DNA of 64,000 bases from an uncultured archaeon (lineage in GTDB: Archaea; Thermoplasmatota; Penumbrarchaeia; JASLWR01), in NCBI GenBank assembly GCA_964430885.1, contig CAYSHM010000003.1, forward strand, positions 128,001 to 192,000. Direction: 5' to 3'. Positions 57,671 to 64,000 of this stretch are shown here, in pieces. The notes beneath the pieces are model-generated. The model was not told the origin of the DNA. It ran no database searches and saw only the letters and a list, made by a program, of their open reading frames with translations. The stretch's first letter is position 1; each line of letters opens with the position of its first letter. A program made the position numbers and the translations under genes.

Positions 57671-58822
57671 TTACCTGGGGCGGCGGCCATAATTCTCAAT
57701 GAAGTCAACCAGCTGTTTTGATATGCTGTCTCCAATATTATCGAGGGATTTCAATCCTTCAATACCCTTTTCACTGTAGATAACATCAATACCTTCATCC
57801 AATTCATCAAGTGACCATGCTGCCTTCCGATATGCCCACTCCCTGAAACCGGGAACTCCCATCTGAACCTGCTCCCGGGCCTTAACATGGAACATCTCCG
57901 AGGCGAACTTGTTGATCCGTAGATACCTGGGATAATGGACTACCGGCCGGAGGATGTGGTTTTCAAGGCCATATTCCCGACAGTATTTTTTAACCAGTAA
58001 GTGAAGATCCCTTATACGGTGGTGGTATAAACTTCGATCGTTGAAAAGCTCGTCGTATTTTCTGATCAGGGCAGGATCGAAATCCCTCAGAGCGCGGTAG
58101 AAATGCTGGCGGGTATATTCATCCAAGGTCAGACCAGCTTCAAGCACATATTTACCGCCGCTCTCCGCAGTCTTCTTCACTACCTCACGAACATTCTCCT
58201 CTGTGTCATAGATATAGGGTAAGACCGGCATGAAAGCGATTCCCGTCATTAAGCCGTTGTCCGAAAGCTCCTTCATGGCCTTGAACCTGGCTGACACGGG
58301 AGGAGCGCGGTTTTCCAGAATTGTGCGCTTATCATCATCCCTCGCGGTAATGATTGACCAGCAGACGTTGATATAGGAGGATTCGTTGATCTGCTTCATT
58401 ATGTCAAGATCCCGGATCAACAAAGGTGATTTCTCGTTTATCAGAACAGGAAAGTTCAAATTCCGGCATACCTTCAGCATCTTTCTGGCAAGACCGTATC
58501 GAGAATCGATTGCCTGGTGATTGCCCAGATATACAATATCCCTTTCTTTGCCCTGAAGTTCATCCCTCAATAGTTCGACAGCATTTGTCTTCACCTTGAT
58601 CAGTTGGCAAAAGGGATCGTCCAATTCTTCTATGGCATCATCATTCACATATTTATGAGGATGATATTTCTCATCCCGGCAATAGCAGTAATGGCACCCC
58701 CACTGACATCCCATATATGCATGTGCGGAATACTTGTTCCAGAACCAGCCGCCGTCTGTCCTCTTCTGGATATTAAGTATTCGTTTAGCCTCGTACTCGA
58801 TTACCCACGGTCGATCATTCAT
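57671..58822 (-). CDS. SPL-like radical SAM protein with a C-terminal PolX-type helix-hairpin-helix domain
   Basis: YMGCQWGCHYC, KSPLLIRDLD, PVLPYI; C-terminal AYRKAAWSL...LKSLDNIGDSISKQL. Confidence 0.85.
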   Translation of the reverse strand: MNDRPWVIEYEAKRILNIQKRTDGGWFWNKYSAHAYMGCQWGCHYCYCRDEKYHPHKYVNDDAIEELDDPFCQLIKVKTNAVELLRDELQGKERDIVYLGNHQAIDSRYGLARKMLKVCRNLNFPVLINEKSPLLIRDLDIMKQINESSYINVCWSIITARDDDKRTILENRAPPVSARFKAMKELSDNGLMTGIAFMPVLPYIYDTEENVREVVKKTAESGGKYVLEAGLTLDEYTRQHFYRALRDFDPALIRKYDELFNDRSLYHHRIRDLHLLVKKYCREYGLENHILRPVVHYPRYLRINKFASEMFHVKAREQVQMGVPGFREWAYRKAAWSLDELDEGIDVIYSEKGIEGLKSLDNIGDSISKQLVDFIENYGRRPR

Positions 58823-58921
58823 AGCTCTGCCACCTTTTAGGAATTCTTTTAGGCTTTGTGAATACGGCAATACTATCAATGGAATTATAAAAATATATAG
58901 GAAGCTAGAGTGGAAGTAAAA

Positions 58922-59515
58922 TCACTTCATCTTAGAACTCACAAAGGAATAATAACCCCATCTCTTTCTATTCCGGAGATAACCAACATCGCCGCTTACG
59001 GATTGGAGGCTTTCAAGGGTATAGAACGCCTTGGGATTGTGTTTCTTGATATTGTGTATTACATTTCTGACATCCCTTCTCTTCAAGGGCATGTAGATGA
59101 CATTCACTGCTCCCTCGTCGCTCTGGGCATCCACCATTGTAAAGCGGTAGCCGGAGGAAGCAAGATATTTCAGAAGTTTTGTGGCAGACCTTCTTGTGAT
59201 GATACGAATAACCTCAAAACCAATGGACAGCTTTCGTTCGATATATATGCCCAGATAATTACCTAAAGCAAATCCAAATCCATAGGCGATGTAATTGACC
59301 ACATTTGTAAGGTTCTGCATTATCTGACCTATTGCAAGAAGCCAGATTATCACCTCGAAGAAACCCAGGATAGGGGCCACTATCTTCATTCCCTTCGATA
59401 CAAAAATTATCCTTAATGTGCCGATGGACACATCAACGATCCTCGCTAGTATAATAAAAACCGGTATTACAATATAACCGAATACCCAAGTGTCTGAAAA
59501 GACATCGTTGAACAT
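58922..59515 (-). CDS. DUF2179/UPF0316-like membrane protein
   Basis: ARIVDVSIGTLR, GFFEV, YGFGFALGNYLG, PKAFY. Confidence 0.88.
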   Translation of the reverse strand: MFNDVFSDTWVFGYIVIPVFIILARIVDVSIGTLRIIFVSKGMKIVAPILGFFEVIIWLLAIGQIMQNLTNVVNYIAYGFGFALGNYLGIYIERKLSIGFEVIRIITRRSATKLLKYLASSGYRFTMVDAQSDEGAVNVIYMPLKRRDVRNVIHNIKKHNPKAFYTLESLQSVSGDVGYLRNRKRWGYYSFVSSKMK

Positions 59516-59882
59516 ACGCATACCTCCGGGAGGCGCGGAAATGACCATTCTGTATTTAAGGCTTGCTAGACACTTGTAATCGGGTCAACAATATCTGAAA
59601 ATATTTGATTGCCAGTTTATAAAAAATTAATAATGTTGGCCTCCATATATATTTTAAAAAAATTTATAAAAAATTAACATTTCTTTACACACCCCGGGGA
59701 AGTGTGGGAAAATTGGCTCAATAATTCAATCAATGGAATCATTTCCTGGAAAAGGTACATCGTGAAAGGCATGAATAAAAGTATCAAAAAACCAGTAATA
59801 AATAAATGCAAGTACTATGGTAGGTACGATTCAAATCTGAATTCTCGATGGATTCATCTGAGATAATTGAGGTGTTCTGAAA

Positions 59883-62800
59883 ATGAAGAATAACATTGTT
59901 ACAATATTAGTTTGTACACTATTAATGGGCAGCCTTCTCACTGTCGTGGACATACCATATTTCGGACCTATTTCTCCATTCGTAAAAGCCGAAACGACCC
60001 ATTGGTATGTGAACAGCTCATTTCAAGGGACTTCCCATGGGAATGAGACAAATCCATTCAAGACCATCAATGAGGCAGTATCCAATGAACAATTAGAGGG
60101 CGGAGATGTTATTCACGTTCTGCCTGGAACCTATACGGATACAGATATGCAGATAGATGAGGAAATTCGGATAATCGGAGCGGGGGGAGAAATAACTTTG
60201 CTCCAACCGCCCAACAGCGGATTCTACATCATAAGCGACAATGTCTCGATAAGCCATATGAGCATTGGCAATGCAGGCGGTGGTCAAGAGAAAGCAATAA
60301 CTATCCAAGGGGCCTATAATGTTACTTTAGATAACATCACTATTGACCTGTGTGACATAGGAATTGATGTATACGGATCAAGCAAAATTACAATTGATAA
60401 CTGCTCATTCTCCCCAAATATTCAGGCAGGAATTATGTTCAGTGATCAATCGGATGATGTCTTAATTAAAAATAATATTTTTCAAGGGGCCCAGTACGGT
60501 ATAAGATTATTCAATCAGACCGAGGATGTTAGAATTATTAATAATTCAGTACCCAATGCCGTTGAAGGCATATCCGTCCAGAATAACTGCTCAAATATAT
60601 TTCTTCAGGATAACAACTGTTCCAATAATAGCTACGGATTAAAAGTGAGCGGATGCGATTTGATGGAGTTGTGGGACAATATGTTCAATGACAACACAAA
60701 TGCAGGTATATATATCCAAGATACCGATGATATTCAAATATACGGCAATCAAATGATGAGATGCAATGACGGTATCAGGGCTGAGAATTCCTACGGTATG
60801 GCCTTTGTCGATAACAGAATGAACGACTGCACAAACCGCGCTCTTCAGATCATTGGCTCAGAGGGAAATTATTCTGATAATACTTGTGAATCCAACAATT
60901 ACGGCATGTTCTTAGAACATGTGAATACAAGTATTTTTTTGAACAACAAATGCCTATATAACAGCGATTACGGAATGGAACTGAAGGATTCCAGCGATAA
61001 CTATATTGAAAAATTAAATTGCTCTTATTCAAATGCGAGCCACGGAATACTCTTCACCGACGGGGCTGACCATAATGAGATATATGATTCCCAATTTCTA
61101 ACCAATGTCGGGTGGGGAATCCAAATACTGGATTCCAACCATAATACATTTGAAAACATATTGGTGATGGATTGCAATGCTGGAGGAGTAATGGTTTCCG
61201 GAAATGATGAAGGAAATAGATGCATCGGAAATGTAATCGGAAGCAGTGTCATAGATGATAACTACGGGAACAATATAATTTTACAAAATACCCAATACTG
61301 CAACATTACGGATTGTCAAATCATAGATTCGGATAACACAGGTATATATCTCCAAAATGCCAGCGGTTCCGTCATCTACGACAATATTGTCAACAGCTCT
61401 AGATATGCAGGAATAAGACTTGAAGGAACCGAATCCCAAAATAATGTGATATATGAGAACTATTTCAACAATAACAGTTGGTTTAACGATGAACGACAGG
61501 CAGGTGATTTTTCCGATGACTACACAAATTTGTGGTATGATGCAAACCTCCAAACTGGCAACTATTGGTCGGATTACTTAAATTACAATCCGAATGCAAT
61601 TTCCGAAAACGGTCTCATTTGGTCCGTGCCTTACCAACTGGCCGAGGACGGAGCTGTTCTTTCGCATTTCGACATTTACCCTTTGGTCAACCCAAAGAAT
61701 GAAGGACCCATCTCAAACGAGATCACAGGAGAGACCTACAACACTATTGAGAGTGCCTTGGAAAATGCCAGCGCGAACGATATTATATCCATAAATATTC
61801 CAGGGGAATATCGGGGTACCGACGGTCTGTACTTGACAGAAAACGGAATAAAGCTTACCGGATTGGGAGCTGATAATGTGACCCTCATTCCCAGAAAAGG
61901 AGTGGACTGCATCATAGTGGAGGCTTTCAACTGTACAGTTGAGGACCTTAGCATATTCGGCGGAAGAATGGGTATACTAGGGGACGGAGCTGATGGAATA
62001 AATGTACATGACATCAATTTTGTGAATCAGAGTCTAGCATCCATAAGATACCAGGATGTAGTGGAGGGAAATGTGGACAACTGCAGATTCGATAATTCCA
62101 ATGTTGCCATATCTGCAGAGGATTCCAGTGAGGTTTCATTTGAGGATTGTCTCATGTTAGATTGCAACAGCGCTTTCTCCATCGATACCTCCCACAATAT
62201 CGATATATTGGATAACCATATGGTAGACTGTGTGAATGGTTCACATCTAATGGACGAATGTTATAACTTCAGCATCACGGGGAATCGTTTTGACAACATG
62301 AACCTAACTCCAAACAGAGGATTGGAAGAACTCAGGGACCTGGGATTGTTGTTATACGGGAGCATCTCTGACATATCCATATCCAATAATGAATTCTTCG
62401 GCGTAGGAACGAGCATAATAACATTGGCTGGAGGAGATAATGTCAGGATATCTGAGAACAGTATTCTCCAATCAGATTACAGAGGTATAGTTGACCTCGG
62501 GAACGACGATCCCATATACATATTCAACAACACATTGGATATGAACCCAATAGGAATAATGATCAACTGCAGCAGCAGCGATATCCTTTTCAACAACAAT
62601 ATCACACACGGAAAGATAGGCATTTCAATAATAAACAACACTGAACCGCTTGTTATGCCTGGTGGAAAAACATTAACATTCCCCAACGGATCACACGACA
62701 ATATCATCAAATACAATGAATTCAGGGATAACGAGAAAGCGTTGTACATTTCCGGAGGATATGATAACCAGATCTACCACAATAACTTCTTCGGAGGCGA

Positions 62801-64000
62801 CCAGCAGATATCCATCCCCTCAGGATTAGTTACAAAGGTCACATGGGACCATGAAGGAATATCAGGTAATTACTGGAATGATTATTCTGGTACTGATGAC
62901 GGAAGCAACGGCAGAACCGCAGGTGATGGTATAGGTGATACGAATCTGCCACACAGGGGGATCGATGAATACCCTCTGATGAAACCAGCATTGGCGCCTG
63001 AATATGATCTGGGAATTTTATCTTATCAGGACCTGACCTCGGCAGAGGGATGGAAGGAAGGTGATACCGTAACCTTTAACCTGACCGTATTTGTAGAGGA
63101 AGGGAATGGTAAATTACCCGATATGGTGATACTTGAATATATCGATCCAGAAGGCGAGGAAGGCTGCCTTCCCATGAAGAGTAAGTCCATCTCCCCTAAC
63201 AGCTGGTACGGTGAGCATCCCCTGGGACGCGGTGAAGGATTGTTCAAATACCGATACAGGTCCAGCACCATCTATCTTGACTGGGCTAGAAGTGAATGGT
63301 TCCAGTTCCTAGTGGCCAAGAATCCTAGCTACCAATCAGGCATATCAATTCAGAACCTTTCGGTCCCCGAGGAAATCGTCCTTGGAGATTCGTTGATAAT
63401 CAATTTTTCATTGAACACAAGTAATGATATGAACATTTCAGAAGTTAAATTGCTCTACTGGTACAACAGCGAGATAAACAAGACTGAAGAGGATCTTGTA
63501 CCTGACAGCCTCTTAATTAATCACTACTCTCACGGATTGAATCCGGATAAACTCGGTACGCTACATTATACGTTAAGAGTTCAGGGTTCTTCGGATAATA
63601 TCATCTTTGTAAACGGTTCGGTAAATGTGACCTTGGCACCAAGAATAATCTTCATGGCAGACCACACCCCTCCCGAAGCTACCACCGGAGACCTGATGGA
63701 GTTCAAGCTGGCACTCAATAATATCGACCTTTTAGGTAAGGTAACGCTAAAGATATGGTATAATGACGAAGGAGACCAGGATACAGAGATCCACACCATG
63801 GTCTTGAAGAACGTATCAACAATAAGCTATACCGTCATGGATGCTGTAGGTTATTTCAATTACAGGTATGAGGCAAAGGATATTCGCGATAATGAATACA
63901 GAAGCTTCGATTCAAAACAGATCACGGTTTCCGACAATGATGCTCCCGAGCTCATTTCCGATTCCATACCTTCAACCTTTGAGGTCCCCGGCCAACTAGA
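59883..64000 (+). CDS. Large secreted parallel beta-helix (NosD/pectin-lyase-like) protein, 3' truncated by the window edge and missing from the ORF track
   Basis: Hand translation MKNNIVTILVCTLLMG...WYVNSSFQGTSHGNETNPFKTINEAV...VLPGTY; Asn-rich GIxx repeats; GNYWSDY and GNYWNDY motifs; the last codons of the window are in frame with no stop. Confidence 0.88.
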   Translation, partial: MKNNIVTILVCTLLMGSLLTVVDIPYFGPISPFVKAETTHWYVNSSFQGTSHGNETNPFKTINEAVSNEQLEGGDVIHVLPGTYTDTDMQIDEEIRIIGAGGEITLLQPPNSGFYIISDNVSISHMSIGNAGGGQEKAITIQGAYNVTLDNITIDLCDIGIDVYGSSKITIDNCSFSPNIQAGIMFSDQSDDVLIKNNIFQGAQYGIRLFNQTEDVRIINNSVPNAVEGISVQNNCSNIFLQDNNCSNNSYGLKVSGCDLMELWDNMFNDNTNAGIYIQDTDDIQIYGNQMMRCNDGIRAENSYGMAFVDNRMNDCTNRALQIIGSEGNYSDNTCESNNYGMFLEHVNTSIFLNNKCLYNSDYGMELKDSSDNYIEKLNCSYSNASHGILFTDGADHNEIYDSQFLTNVGWGIQILDSNHNTFENILVMDCNAGGVMVSGNDEGNRCIGNVIGSSVIDDNYGNNIILQNTQYCNITDCQIIDSDNTGIYLQNASGSVIYDNIVNSSRYAGIRLEGTESQNNVIYENYFNNNSWFNDERQAGDFSDDYTNLWYDANLQTGNYWSDYLNYNPNAISENGLIWSVPYQLAEDGAVLSHFDIYPLVNPKNEGPISNEITGETYNTIESALENASANDIISINIPGEYRGTDGLYLTENGIKLTGLGADNVTLIPRKGVDCIIVEAFNCTVEDLSIFGGRMGILGDGADGINVHDINFVNQSLASIRYQDVVEGNVDNCRFDNSNVAISAEDSSEVSFEDCLMLDCNSAFSIDTSHNIDILDNHMVDCVNGSHLMDECYNFSITGNRFDNMNLTPNRGLEELRDLGLLLYGSISDISISNNEFFGVGTSIITLAGGDNVRISENSILQSDYRGIVDLGNDDPIYIFNNTLDMNPIGIMINCSSSDILFNNNITHGKIGISIINNTEPLVMPGGKTLTFPNGSHDNIIKYNEFRDNEKALYISGGYDNQIYHNNFFGGDQQISIPSGLVTKVTWDHEGISGNYWNDYSGTDDGSNGRTAGDGIGDTNLPHRGIDEYPLMKPALAPEYDLGILSYQDLTSAEGWKEGDTVTFNLTVFVEEGNGKLPDMVILEYIDPEGEEGCLPMKSKSISPNSWYGEHPLGRGEGLFKYRYRSSTIYLDWARSEWFQFLVAKNPSYQSGISIQNLSVPEEIVLGDSLIINFSLNTSNDMNISEVKLLYWYNSEINKTEEDLVPDSLLINHYSHGLNPDKLGTLHYTLRVQGSSDNIIFVNGSVNVTLAPRIIFMADHTPPEATTGDLMEFKLALNNIDLLGKVTLKIWYNDEGDQDTEIHTMVLKNVSTISYTVMDAVGYFNYRYEAKDIRDNEYRSFDSKQITVSDNDAPELISDSIPSTFEVPGQL

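Noticed and set aside
60093-63799. Short ORF-track entries that make the region look gene-poor or pseudogenised
   Set aside because: The region is covered by one long plus-strand CDS from 59883 that lacks a stop within the window.

Overview
Archaeal chromosomal segment, probably from an uncultured Thermoplasmatota lineage. This is an inference from archaeal MBF1, archaeosortase A, archaeal non-discriminating AspRS, methanogen-type SerRS, GGTGA/GGAGG Shine-Dalgarno motifs and many single-pass surface proteins. About 50 CDS. I found no rRNA, tRNA, CRISPR array or transposase. Housekeeping genes: argF, cdd, mbf1, aspS, serS, aqpZ and an asparaginase-like gene. Six large secreted or membrane-anchored proteins: two beta-helix (NosD-like) proteins, one of which is missing from the ORF track because it runs off the right edge; FG-GAP/PKD; C5-epimerase/PKD; Omp28-like/Ca-binding repeat; and an S8 protease. 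A Fur/PerR-headed oxygen/iron-stress cluster (35.3-40.4 kb) includes a rubredoxin the ORF track missed. There is also an AddAB/AdnAB-like helicase-nuclease pair and an orphan beta-class DNA methyltransferase. Most unusual: (1) an orphan bacterial-microcompartment (BMC) shell domain fused to two winged-helix domains (44678-45703); (2) an FtsZ paralog that has lost the GGGTG GTP-binding loop but kept the T7 catalytic loop, 7 bp downstream of a polytopic membrane gene (8480-9538); (3) a shared Pro/Lys motif on the cytoplasmic tails of unrelated surface proteins; (4) a coiled-coil protein with three tandem C4HC3 RING/PHD-like fingers; (5) a circularly permuted Omp28-like domain. All family assignments come from motif recognition by eye, not database searches.
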